Of a stretch of DNA of 17,505 nucleotides, positions 7,050-15,722 are shown in pieces. The stretch is from Bdellovibrionales bacterium. Lineage in GTDB: Bacteria; Bdellovibrionota; Bdellovibrionia; Bdellovibrionales; JAMPXM01. The DNA lies in assembly GCA_043739185.1 (NCBI GenBank), contig JAYUEN010000156.1, forward strand, positions 1 through 17,505. Reading direction: 5' to 3'. The notes under the pieces are model-generated. The model had not been told where the DNA came from. It did no database searches and saw nothing but the letters and a program-made list of their open reading frames with translations. Position numbers and translations under genes: made by a program. Each line of letters begins with the position of its first letter. Position 1 is the stretch's first letter.

Positions 7050-9496
7050 CAAACCAGTCGAGGCTTCTTCATCTCAATGGGATCTGCGGCTCCACCGCCG
7101 GCTTTCTTTGGGTAGTCGATCCGTTGATGATAAATTCCCAGTAAAATGCGAATGAAGGATTCTTCGATTATGGTAAGATCTTTTAAAGTCAAATTACACT
7201 CATCAAGCTGGCCGTCCATAAATTTTCTCTGAATGATATTTTTGACAATATTTTGCAGCCTTGTCGGATTGGGCTCGTCAAGCGACCTCGCTGCCGCTTC
7301 TATGCTGTCGGCCAACATAATGAGAGCCACTTCACGAAATTGCGGCTTAGGGCCCGGATAGCGAAAATCTTCCTCATTTATTTCGCCCATTGAAGCATCT
7401 TGGGACTCAAGTGCGCGATTATAAAAAAACGAAATCAAGGTCGTGCCGTGATGCTGAACGATACCATCAATGATGGCTTTGCCAAGTTTGTGTTTGAGCG
7501 CAAGCTCCAGGCCGTCTTTGGCATGCGAAATCAAAATAGTTTTGCTCATATGTGGGGACAAATGATCATGCAGATTGTGGCCGGTTTTCTGATTTTCAAT
7601 GAAATAATTGAAGTGCGCAATCTTTCCGATGTCGTGGTAATAAGACATGACCTTTGCAAGCAAAGAGTTGGCGCCAATTTCTTCGGCGGCGGCTTCGACC
7701 ATGCTTCCGACAACGAGCGAATGATGATAGGTTCCTGGAGCCTTCAACAACATTTCTTTAAGTAGAGGATGATTGAGATTACTCAACTCGAGCAGTTTTA
7801 CGTCGGTTGTGACATTAAATAAACTTTCAAGCAAAGGCACCAACATCAGCGCAATCAAAGAAGAAAGAATTCCAGAAAAAAGACCCGCCGGCAGCCCCCA
7901 TAAAACTTGCGTAAAATAAGTCGGCTCGCCATAGCGTTCAATGGTGGTGACCAGCACAATCATGCAGGCATTGACTAAGCCCGTCCGAACCCCAGCGAAA
8001 TACAAATCATTTCTACGCTTACAGCTATGAACTCCTCGGGCCGCGGCAACTCCGCCGACCATGGTGACCAACATAAAACTAAATTTCATATCGACCATTA
8101 AACCCAAAACCACAGACAGAAACATTGAGAAGATCCAGACCACTTCACCCGCGGTAATCAGGAGCCCCACCAGCATGGCTCCAGCGGCTACTGGTGCTGC
8201 AAAAAGCAAAGTCGCCTCTGGTGTGGTCGAACCAAATCTCGATACAAAAGCCGCATTGGTCAAAAACAAAAATATTTTAGTAATCACCACCGCAATGATC
8301 GTGACCGCACCCATAATGCTAATATCTTTGGCGTCGACATGAACCCTATTCAGCGTAAATCTTTTCAAATAAGAAGAACAGACCAAGAGCAAAACAACGA
8401 ACATAACCGCCGTAATCAAAGCAATAAAATTTCGACTTCGATGCGATCTTAAGCGCTCAATTTCTCGCAGCACCATAACGTGCTTGGGTTGAACGCTGGT
8501 TCCTTCTGAAACCAAAATTTGACCCTTTTTGATGCCGATCTTCTCTTCAAAAACTTCGTCACGTGCGTGTTGTCTTCTGGTCGCGGTTTCAGATTTGTTT
8601 AAAGTCACATTAGGAATTAGTAGCGAGTGAGCCACCTCGAGCAAGATCCTCTGATCTTTTGGAGCAAAATTTTTAAGATTGAGAATCTTTTCAGTTAAAA
8701 AATCTTCTTCTTTGAGCAAGTTGTGAACATCTATTTGCGCGGCCACAATATCTCGGACCGAATGCCCGGTTCGTCCGACTTCTCGCAAAGTATATTCGCG
8801 CATATTAGCAGGAACTTGTTTATCTAGACCATCTATAATTTTGAAATGCGACCAACGCTCAATTGCCTCACTTAAGATATTTTCAATCCGCGAACTAAAA
8901 CTTTGGTGGATGAGCCATTCAAAATCTCGATCTGAAATATTGCGCGCGAGAATTTTCTCGAATTCAGGCTTAAATTTAAAAAACTGCTGCACTTGATTTT
9001 CATAGAGGGCTTCTGATCTTGGCCAAGGAATGCGCCTAAACTCTTCACGCATGCGGCGAAACCCAAGGTAGGTACGATTGTTTAAGTCGTCGAATGCATA
9101 TTTATCGTAGTCAAAAATGAACGGCACGCTTGCTTCTGCACTTTGGCGCTTTTCTTCAGTCGTGATTTGATCGACATAATCAAAGCTCATCGGCGCTTTG
9201 ATATCATGGCTGGCTGTATCTCCGAGATGAACAGAAAATGAAAAATCGAAATCGTAATAAACCAAAAATGAGAGAAACAATGAAAAAATAAATAAAATAG
9301 AAACTCTTCTGAGGCTGAATTTTTCATCAAGGCCTTGCAGCACGCGTCCCAATTGCGTACGTTCAAAACCAAGCCTGTTTACCCAATTTACAAATTCTAA
9401 TGAGTGATTGATATATTTTGAGCGGTTATGCAAAGTATCGCGACCTGCAAGTTTAGCTGAATTGGATTTTGGCGGTGAAGGTTTTAAAATGTTCAT
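7049..9496 (-). CDS. 7TM-HD membrane phosphohydrolase (PgpH/YqfF-like, putative cyclic di-AMP phosphodiesterase)
   Basis: N-terminal TM, large extracytoplasmic domain, multi-TM block, then HD domain: APGTYHHS, YYHDIGK, QHHGT, FRYPGPKP, LADSIEAA. Directly upstream of ybeY, as is usual for this family. Confidence 0.9.
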   Translation of the reverse strand: MNILKPSPPKSNSAKLAGRDTLHNRSKYINHSLEFVNWVNRLGFERTQLGRVLQGLDEKFSLRRVSILFIFSLFLSFLVYYDFDFSFSVHLGDTASHDIKAPMSFDYVDQITTEEKRQSAEASVPFIFDYDKYAFDDLNNRTYLGFRRMREEFRRIPWPRSEALYENQVQQFFKFKPEFEKILARNISDRDFEWLIHQSFSSRIENILSEAIERWSHFKIIDGLDKQVPANMREYTLREVGRTGHSVRDIVAAQIDVHNLLKEEDFLTEKILNLKNFAPKDQRILLEVAHSLLIPNVTLNKSETATRRQHARDEVFEEKIGIKKGQILVSEGTSVQPKHVMVLREIERLRSHRSRNFIALITAVMFVVLLLVCSSYLKRFTLNRVHVDAKDISIMGAVTIIAVVITKIFLFLTNAAFVSRFGSTTPEATLLFAAPVAAGAMLVGLLITAGEVVWIFSMFLSVVLGLMVDMKFSFMLVTMVGGVAAARGVHSCKRRNDLYFAGVRTGLVNACMIVLVTTIERYGEPTYFTQVLWGLPAGLFSGILSSLIALMLVPLLESLFNVTTDVKLLELSNLNHPLLKEMLLKAPGTYHHSLVVGSMVEAAAEEIGANSLLAKVMSYYHDIGKIAHFNYFIENQKTGHNLHDHLSPHMSKTILISHAKDGLELALKHKLGKAIIDGIVQHHGTTLISFFYNRALESQDASMGEINEEDFRYPGPKPQFREVALIMLADSIEAAARSLDEPNPTRLQNIVKNIIQRKFMDGQLDECNLTLKDLTIIEESFIRILLGIYHQRIDYPKKAGGGAADPIEMKKPRLV

Positions 9497-9545
9497 AGCT
9501 TTCGCTCTTTTACTATCGTTCTGACCGCAATGTATACTCTTACCT

Positions 9546-9574
9546 ATTATCGGAAGCGCTTGCTAAAAGGACAA
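9546..9574 (-). promoter_or_regulatory. Putative sigma70-type promoter for the 7TM-HD/ybeY unit
   Basis: Minus strand TTGTCC-N17-GATAAT, about 50 nt upstream of ATG 9496. Confidence 0.55.
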
Positions 9575-9732
9575 TAGACCTCTGTGGCATAGAACGCTTA
9601 AACTGACCTCAGTCGCGGCGAGATTTAGGCTGGACAATGAGGGCTTTGAAGTTTAGAAAAACCTGTGCTCGACGATAGTGAGATCCTAAGCGAGATCTTA
9701 AGTCACTTTAGCCCAGAGGAAAGGACCCTGCC

Positions 9733-10584
9733 TTGATTCAAGCTCCAAAGAAGTTAGATGATTTTAAATCCTTACTTGAGATTGTAAAAGCCTTAAGAAG
9801 CGAAGAAGGTTGCCCCTGGGACAAGGAGCAAACGCATAAGAGCCTTGCCACATTTGCCATTGAAGAAGCCTTTGAACTTGCCGAAGCCATTGAATCAGGA
9901 CGTCGTGATGAAATGATCTCAGAACTCGGCGATTTGCTCTTACAAGTTGCTTTGCATAGCGAAATTGGCCGAGCTTGCCAAGATTCAAAAATGAAATTCA
10001 CAATTTCAGAAGTCATTCTGTCAATCAATGAAAAGATGGTGCGCCGTCATCCCCATGTTTTTGCACTTGAAAAAGCCAAAGATGCCGACGAAGTCTTAAA
10101 AAATTGGGCTGAGATAAAAAAGCTTGAAAAACAAAATAAGAGCAAAGAAAACAGCGAAACCTTTGATATCCCCCCGCATCTTCCGGCCTTAATGCGCTCT
10201 CAAAAAATTGGGGATAAAACCCGTGCCGTGCAATTTGATTGGCAAAATTCCAAGCAAGTTATCGAAAAATTAGAAGAAGAAATTGCAGAGTTAAAAGTTG
10301 CCATTCAGGATATCGAAAGTAGCAATGATCCCCGGCCGGAGCTTCAGCAAGCACTTGAGGGCGAAATGGGAGATGTTTTGTTTTGCTGTGCTCAATTGGC
10401 CAGGCACCTTAAGCTTGATGCCGAACAGTCGCTTAGAGTGGCAAATAGGCGTTTTGAAAGGCGTTTTTTTAAAATGTTTGAGCTTGCGAGGAAAAATGAG
10501 CAGCTTTCACCCCAACCCAGCACCGATGAGCTCGAAATACTTTGGAAAAAGGTAAAAAGCCTTGAAAAACAGGGTTCAATTTAA
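9733..10584 (+). CDS. mazG: Nucleoside triphosphate pyrophosphohydrolase MazG (tandem domain)
   Basis: LRSEEGCPWDKEQTHKSL, EEAFEL, ELGDLLLQV, RRHPHVF, FDW, EMGDVLF. TTG start with GAGGAAAGGA upstream. Confidence 0.95.
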   Translation: MIQAPKKLDDFKSLLEIVKALRSEEGCPWDKEQTHKSLATFAIEEAFELAEAIESGRRDEMISELGDLLLQVALHSEIGRACQDSKMKFTISEVILSINEKMVRRHPHVFALEKAKDADEVLKNWAEIKKLEKQNKSKENSETFDIPPHLPALMRSQKIGDKTRAVQFDWQNSKQVIEKLEEEIAELKVAIQDIESSNDPRPELQQALEGEMGDVLFCCAQLARHLKLDAEQSLRVANRRFERRFFKMFELARKNEQLSPQPSTDELEILWKKVKSLEKQGSI

Positions 10585-10682
10585 TTGGAAGCTTGCTAAG
10601 CCTCAGCTTCTGGAGTATTCAATTGGCCCTGAGTTCTGAAAACTAAGTTTTTTAGTTATGACATTTTTTGGAGGTATTTCAA

Positions 10683-10949
10683 TTGGCTACACATAAATCA
10701 GCAGAAAAGCGCGCCCGACAAGCAGTAAAACGATCGGCTCGAAATGGTTCAGCACATGGCGCTGTTCGTACGGCAGAGAGAAAATTGCGTGATTCAATGG
10801 CTGCAGGCGAAAAAACTCTAATCGGAAAACTTTTCTTAGAATTCACCAGCAAAACAGATAGTGCTGTTTCTAAAGGTGTCATTCATTACAAGACTGCCGC
10901 AAGAAAAATTGGCCGTCTTGCTTCTCGCGTTCATCAATTAACTAAGTAA
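10683..10949 (+). CDS. rpsT: 30S ribosomal protein S20
   Basis: MATHKSAEKRARQ...KGVIHYKTAARKIGRLA. TTG start at 10683, 7 nt after GGAGGT (10670-10675); 88 aa. Confidence 0.95.
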   Translation: MATHKSAEKRARQAVKRSARNGSAHGAVRTAERKLRDSMAAGEKTLIGKLFLEFTSKTDSAVSKGVIHYKTAARKIGRLASRVHQLTK

Positions 10950-10973
10950 TTATTTTTATTATAAGATCATTTC

Positions 10974-11010
10974 AAGGCTTTGTAGGAAAACTTCTACGAA
11001 GCCTTTTTTT
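10974..11010 (+). terminator. Rho-independent terminator after rpsT
   Basis: AAGGCTTTGTAG-loop-CTACGAAGCCTT stem running into a T7 tract. Confidence 0.85.
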
Positions 11011-11080
11011 ATTATTCAAATTGATAAAATACTGACTTCAGCATCTGGCAAACCGACTTCCGCTAACTGAAGCTGAATCA

Positions 11081-11125
11081 GAGACTGAAACGGTCAATCG
11101 GTTGACCGCTGCAGCTGCCCGAAAA
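11081..11125 (+). repeat. Degenerate inverted repeat, left copy (downstream of the PilZ gene)
   Basis: 28/39 ungapped identity to the reverse complement of 11672-11710. Contains a perfect hairpin CGGTCAA-TCGG-TTGACCG (11091-11108). Confidence 0.5.
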
Positions 11126-11134
11126 CTGATTTGT

Positions 11135-11590
11135 CTAACTTGCGATTTTAAGCGCTTCGCTAAGTTTGGATTTACCTTTTCCGCGATCTTCTTTATTGTC
11201 GAGCGCAGGCTTTGCTGAAACGAAATCGCGAATAGCCCGTCTTTTTGAGGTTTCTAAATTTATAAATTTTAGCCCCGTTTGAAAAACCACATCAGATACT
11301 TTGGCTTTCTTATAAAGTACCTCGGCTCGCCCCACAATTGTAACTAAGGACATTGGCAAAATCAAAGTAACCAGAATCCATTCCCCTGACTTTAAACTTG
11401 CAGGCAGTTCGATCATCATCCCGCCTTCACCAATTTGATTCGCTTTATAAACTTCATATTTCCCGCGAATCATCACTCCGACTAGGCGTTCATAGCTTCG
11501 CCGAGGAGTTTTACGATTCATGCTCGGATCATTTGCCGAGGTCAAGGGCGTCTTAGCGGGGCTATCTTTTTTAAAATTGGCTTTTTGCAT
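11135..11590 (-). CDS. PilZ domain protein (putative c-di-GMP receptor)
   Basis: RKTPR (RxxxR) switch, NQIGEGG in place of D/NxSxxG, and a beta-barrel pattern ending GLKFINL. Confidence 0.82.
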   Translation of the reverse strand: MQKANFKKDSPAKTPLTSANDPSMNRKTPRRSYERLVGVMIRGKYEVYKANQIGEGGMMIELPASLKSGEWILVTLILPMSLVTIVGRAEVLYKKAKVSDVVFQTGLKFINLETSKRRAIRDFVSAKPALDNKEDRGKGKSKLSEALKIAS

Positions 11591-11596
11591 AAGTAC

Positions 11597-11604
11597 TTCT
11601 CGGC
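11597..11604 (-). promoter_or_regulatory. Possible sigma28 (FliA) -10 element for the PilZ gene
   Basis: Minus strand GCCGAGAA (consensus GCCGATAA), 6 nt before the ATG; the -35 match is weak. Confidence 0.4.
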
Positions 11605-11665
11605 AAAAGTCGAGACCAACTGTTGTATCAAAATGAGAAGATAGAGGATCCGATTATGATTTTGT

Positions 11666-11715
11666 TTTAACGGCAGCCGTAACAGTCAACTGTTTGCCTG
11701 TCTCGGTTTCAGTCT
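11666..11715 (-). repeat. Degenerate inverted repeat, right copy (upstream of the PilZ gene)
   Basis: Partner of 11081-11125; shares the exact 10-mer AGACTGAAAC (11706-11715 minus, 11082-11091 plus). Internal hairpin AACAG-TCAA-CTGTT. Confidence 0.5.
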
Positions 11716-11799
11716 TCTGGATCCGCTGCCGCATACTGCGATCGGCTTGACTGCCCCCTGAACTTTTAGCCATTTTGTTAGTGAAAAGCAGAAAGCGCC

Positions 11800-12804
11800 T
11801 TAAGCTTCGCAGGCGTGAATAATAAAATTTTCAAGCCAAATATGAGAGGCGACAGGTGATGCTTTAAGCGCGCGATCGGTATCGAGCAGGGCCCGAAAAG
11901 TGGCTTCAAGTTTTCCGTTTTGCCAGAACTTCACTTGCTCCATATATTGCTTTAAAAAGTAAGGCGAAACGCCGGCCCGCTGTGAGAGTCGTTGGCCAGA
12001 AATCTGTTCGCTCAAGCCTTCGGCAACCAACTTGAGAATTCTAAAATGTCTTGAAATCAAAGACAAAATTGCCACTTCATTGCCACCGTTTTCAATCAAA
12101 TTGGCCAAACAAACCAGAGCATAAGAGCGATCATTTCTGCCGATGGCATCGGTCAATTCAAAAATTGAATTGATACGGACGTGAGATACTGCCTCTAAAA
12201 CATCATCGACCAAAACCTGATTGCGCTCACCTAAAAATTGTGAAAGCTTTTTAAGCTCACTATTAATTTCTGCTAAATCATTACCCACCAACTGATGCAG
12301 CACCTGGCTTGCTTCAGAATCAATTTTAAGATTGTATTTTCTGGCAATGGCAGTGATCCATTGCGGAATTTGATTTTCAAATGGACGCTTAAATTCACTG
12401 ACGGCCCCATGATTGAGAAATGCTTTTAAGAACTTTTTCCTCTTATCAGCTTTCTGCGCAATGCAAATCCACGTGGTACTTTCAACCGGAGATTCAATCA
12501 AGGGCAGCAACTCTTCCCACTCTTTGTCTTTGAGTTCATGGGCTTCTTTTAAAATCACGACTCGGCGAGGAGCCATCACCGGCAAAGTTTCAATGGCGTC
12601 CCGCAAATTCTGAACCTCAACATCGGTTGCATAAAAACTACTAAAGTTAAAATCCTTTAAGTTTTCGCTGAGTAGAATTTTAGTAAGGGATTCGACCGCC
12701 TCATCCAGCAAAAAACTTTCGTCGCCAAATAAAAAATACAAGGGATAAATTTTCTGGTTTTTCAAACTTAAATTAAATTCACCCGTGGTCCAGATTTCTT
12801 TCAC
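11800..12804 (-). CDS. holA: DNA polymerase III delta subunit
   Basis: PLYFLFGDESFL, FNFSSFY, LPVMAPRRVV, SIFELTDAIG; 334 aa. GTG start overlaps the lptE stop (TAGTG). Confidence 0.93.
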   Translation of the reverse strand: MKEIWTTGEFNLSLKNQKIYPLYFLFGDESFLLDEAVESLTKILLSENLKDFNFSSFYATDVEVQNLRDAIETLPVMAPRRVVILKEAHELKDKEWEELLPLIESPVESTTWICIAQKADKRKKFLKAFLNHGAVSEFKRPFENQIPQWITAIARKYNLKIDSEASQVLHQLVGNDLAEINSELKKLSQFLGERNQVLVDDVLEAVSHVRINSIFELTDAIGRNDRSYALVCLANLIENGGNEVAILSLISRHFRILKLVAEGLSEQISGQRLSQRAGVSPYFLKQYMEQVKFWQNGKLEATFRALLDTDRALKASPVASHIWLENFIIHACEA

Positions 12805-13388
12805 TAAAAGTTCTCCGTCAGACGATCATGGGCTTCGGCCATCATATCATTTGCGAGCTGCGCGATATTTTGGTAGTGGGCAGAATGATTATAAGTCGCA
12901 TCTGCAGAGTTCAAACCAGCGGTCCCGATAATCGGCGCATTGTAGGTTCGCTCACCCAAAAACTCACTTTGCCAAAGAAGCTTCTGGTCATAGTTTCTCT
13001 TCAAATATAAATTTACTTTTGCATAGATTCGGTATCCAAGAGTTGGCGGTACAACTCCGGTGGGAAAGTTAGACGCCGAGCCAAACAATGGATTCTCCCC
13101 AGAATACACAATTGAAGTCACATTGCCATCAAGGGTCACCTGCGCCAATTCTTTAGAAACAATACGCGCCAAGCGTGAACGCTCAAGTTCGAGAATAATA
13201 GCATTGGTAAAATAAACTTCGGCGCCAGCTTCGATTGTATTATTCTTAAAAACCGGAACCGCTAGATTTTCATAGCCCCCGGGAATGCCGCGCTCACTAA
13301 ATCCCAGCTTATACGAGCATGAGGTCGTTAAAAGCAAAGCGAGCATTAAGCCACCGAAAAAACTGATTTGAGAAGTCACTATCCGCAT
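12804..13388 (-). CDS. lptE: LPS assembly lipoprotein LptE family protein
   Basis: From ATG 13388: signal peptide with lipobox-like LTTSC, then CSYKL, LAVPVFKNNT.EAG.E..FT. Sits directly upstream of holA, the conserved lptE-holA arrangement. Confidence 0.8.
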   Translation of the reverse strand: MRIVTSQISFFGGLMLALLLTTSCSYKLGFSERGIPGGYENLAVPVFKNNTIEAGAEVYFTNAIILELERSRLARIVSKELAQVTLDGNVTSIVYSGENPLFGSASNFPTGVVPPTLGYRIYAKVNLYLKRNYDQKLLWQSEFLGERTYNAPIIGTAGLNSADATYNHSAHYQNIAQLANDMMAEAHDRLTENF

Positions 13389-13395
13389 GCCCTGA

Positions 13396-13424
13396 AGCCT
13401 AACTTTTTGATTCTTTAATTTCAA
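13396..13424 (-). promoter_or_regulatory. Putative sigma70-type promoter for lptE-holA (leaderless)
   Basis: Minus strand TTGAAA-N17-TAGGCT-N7-ATG. Confidence 0.6.
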
Positions 13425-13461
13425 GATTGATTTACAAAATTTCTCGCTCAATATTGAGGAT

Positions 13462-14631
13462 ATGAAATCACTTCAGCTGCCCCAAAATTCAAGAGAAACC
13501 CGTCTGATGACTCCTGGACCAGTGGCCATTCACCCTGAAGTGCTAAAGATTCTGGCATTGCCCGCAATTCACCATCGAACTCCAGAGTTTGAAGAGATTT
13601 TCGCACGAGTTCTAGAAAATCTAAAAAGGGTTTTTTGTACTTCACAAAATGTTTTCATTCATACCAGCACCGGCACAGGTGCTATGGAGTCCGCGCTCGT
13701 CAATACACTCTCTCCACAAGACAAAGTGATCTGTATAGTATCGGGAAAATTCGGCGAAAGATGGGCAGAGATGGCGCAAGTTTATCAGCTGCAAGTTGTG
13801 AAATATTCTGTCGACTGGGGCAAAACAGCGCAGGCCTCAAAACTTGAAGACTTATTGGCAGCTCATCCTGATTGCAAAGCGGTTTTTTGCCAGGCCTGCG
13901 AAACTTCAACCGGAGTTTTGCATCCCATTGAACAACTCGGTGAAGTCGTAGCTAAAACACCAGCTATTTTTATCGTAGATGCGATCACGGCACTCGGAGC
14001 AACGCCCTTGCAAATGGATTGTTGGAGCTTAGACGTGGTTATCGGCGGAAGCCAAAAGGCTTTTATGCTACCCACTGGTCTCAGTTTCATAAGCTTTTCA
14101 AAAAAAGCCTGGAAGCTTGTTGAAACCTCGAAGTCTCCGCGTTTTTATTTTGATATTCGCAAAGAGCTTAAAGCCAATCAGAGTGGCGAAAGTTTTTTTA
14201 GTTCAGCCGTCACCCATTTGCGTGCACTCGATTATATTCTAACTGAGTATATGGCTAAAGATTTAGATCTTCTCCTTGATCGCATTCACAAACTTTCACG
14301 AGCATGTCGTCTTGCCTGCGAAAAGTTGGGCCTTAAATTATTTCCTGAAGTTGCCTCACCCTCATTGAGCGTGATTTGTCTGCCAAAAGAAATCGATGGC
14401 CAGAAACTTCGCAAAGATATGGAAGAAAAATTTGGTGTCACCGTCATGGGCGGCCAAGATTCTCTTAAAGGTAAAATCATTCGCATTGGGCATATGGGTT
14501 TTATCAGTAATGAGGATATGATTTTAAGCTTTGAGGCTCTTACCCAAGCTATCAATTTACAAAAGCCAAATTTAATCTCAGATAAAAATTTAAGTGCTGC
14601 CCTGAGCGTGCTTCACGAAAGCCTGGCATGA
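13462..14631 (+). CDS. Class V PLP-dependent aminotransferase (alanine/serine-glyoxylate family)
   Basis: LMTPGPV, HHRTPEF, TGTGAME, ETSTGV, IVDAIT, GSQKA (PLP lysine), IRIGHMG. Confidence 0.9.
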   Translation: MKSLQLPQNSRETRLMTPGPVAIHPEVLKILALPAIHHRTPEFEEIFARVLENLKRVFCTSQNVFIHTSTGTGAMESALVNTLSPQDKVICIVSGKFGERWAEMAQVYQLQVVKYSVDWGKTAQASKLEDLLAAHPDCKAVFCQACETSTGVLHPIEQLGEVVAKTPAIFIVDAITALGATPLQMDCWSLDVVIGGSQKAFMLPTGLSFISFSKKAWKLVETSKSPRFYFDIRKELKANQSGESFFSSAVTHLRALDYILTEYMAKDLDLLLDRIHKLSRACRLACEKLGLKLFPEVASPSLSVICLPKEIDGQKLRKDMEEKFGVTVMGGQDSLKGKIIRIGHMGFISNEDMILSFEALTQAINLQKPNLISDKNLSAALSVLHESLA

Positions 14632-15602
14632 GCTCGATTAAAAATATTTTAATTACCGATCTGCTTTCGATGAATGCGCTGCAGACTTTGAAACTGAATA
14701 AAAAAATAAAAGTTCTTGAAGCGGGTGACTGGTCTCAAGCGCACGCATTACTCATTCGCTCTAAAACTAAAATTGATAAGGCCCTCCTTGAACGTGCGCC
14801 CTTACTTGAAGTGATCGTAACTGCCACCAGTGGCTTTGATCACATTGATTTCTCAGCACTTGAGAAAACGCAAATTAAAGTTATGCACACACCGAATGCC
14901 AATGCGATTTCAGCAGCCGAGCTGACCTGGTCGCTCATGCTCGCGTGCACAAGAAAAATCCTACAAGCTCACCGCGCGGTCAAATCCGGCGAATGGAAGA
15001 GCGAAGCTTTGAATGGCTGGGAACTACACGGAAAGTCTTATGGGATCGTTGGTCTCGGCCGCATTGGTTCAAGAGTTGCAAAAATAGCCAACGCCTTTGG
15101 AATGCGAGTTGTGGCTTTTGATCCCTACAAAGACAAAGATCACTTTGAAAGCCTTGGCGTAGCAAGACTTTCTTATGAAGAGATTTTAAAGAAATCAGAT
15201 GTCTTGAGTTTTCATGTTCCTAAGACGCGCGAAACCAATCGCATGTTTGGTGCGAGTCAAATTGAATATGTGACCCCCGAAATAATCGTAGTGAATACCT
15301 CTCGTGGCAGCGTTCTTGCCGAAGCCGATGTGTGCAAAGCACTTGAAGAGAAAAAAATTCGCGCCCTTGGCCTTGATGTTTTTGAAAACGAACCATTGTC
15401 GCGAAATTCAAATTTATTGAAGCTTGATACGGTGGTGCTCAGCCCACATCTCGGCGCCGCAACCTACGAAGCTTATGAGCGAGCTTCTTTAGAGGCCGCT
15501 AAGAAGTTGATTGCCTTCTTTGAAACTGGCTCCACCTCAGATACTCTACCCCCGCAAGAAAATTGGGCACAGCGATCGACTCAGCACCAAGTCTGGGACT
15601 AA
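14628..15602 (+). CDS. D-2-hydroxyacid dehydrogenase, SerA-like catalytic core (no regulatory domains)
   Basis: GIVGLGRIG Rossmann motif, NTSRG, LDVFENEP, SPHLGA. ATGA overlap with the aminotransferase. Confidence 0.85.
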   Translation: MSSIKNILITDLLSMNALQTLKLNKKIKVLEAGDWSQAHALLIRSKTKIDKALLERAPLLEVIVTATSGFDHIDFSALEKTQIKVMHTPNANAISAAELTWSLMLACTRKILQAHRAVKSGEWKSEALNGWELHGKSYGIVGLGRIGSRVAKIANAFGMRVVAFDPYKDKDHFESLGVARLSYEEILKKSDVLSFHVPKTRETNRMFGASQIEYVTPEIIVVNTSRGSVLAEADVCKALEEKKIRALGLDVFENEPLSRNSNLLKLDTVVLSPHLGAATYEAYERASLEAAKKLIAFFETGSTSDTLPPQENWAQRSTQHQVWD

Positions 15603-15722
15603 ATTCTTGTCCGCAGAGCGTTTAACAGAGTGCGTTTTTGTAATATTCCGTAAGAAAAACTTGCCTATATCAGCACCTAAAGCCATTTTTAATAGTGCTC
15701 AATTTGTGAAGGAGTTTAACAA

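Noticed and set aside
11047..11698. c-di-GMP-I riboswitch near the PilZ gene (GGCAAAC at 11047-11053 plus and 11692-11698 minus)
   Set aside because: No GNRA-capped stem or following GACGCAAAGC-type junction. An Rfam RF01051 scan would settle it.
13389..13451. Longer lptE start at 13451
   Set aside because: It would put 21 residues before the signal peptide and cover the divergent promoter region; ATG 13388 fits better.
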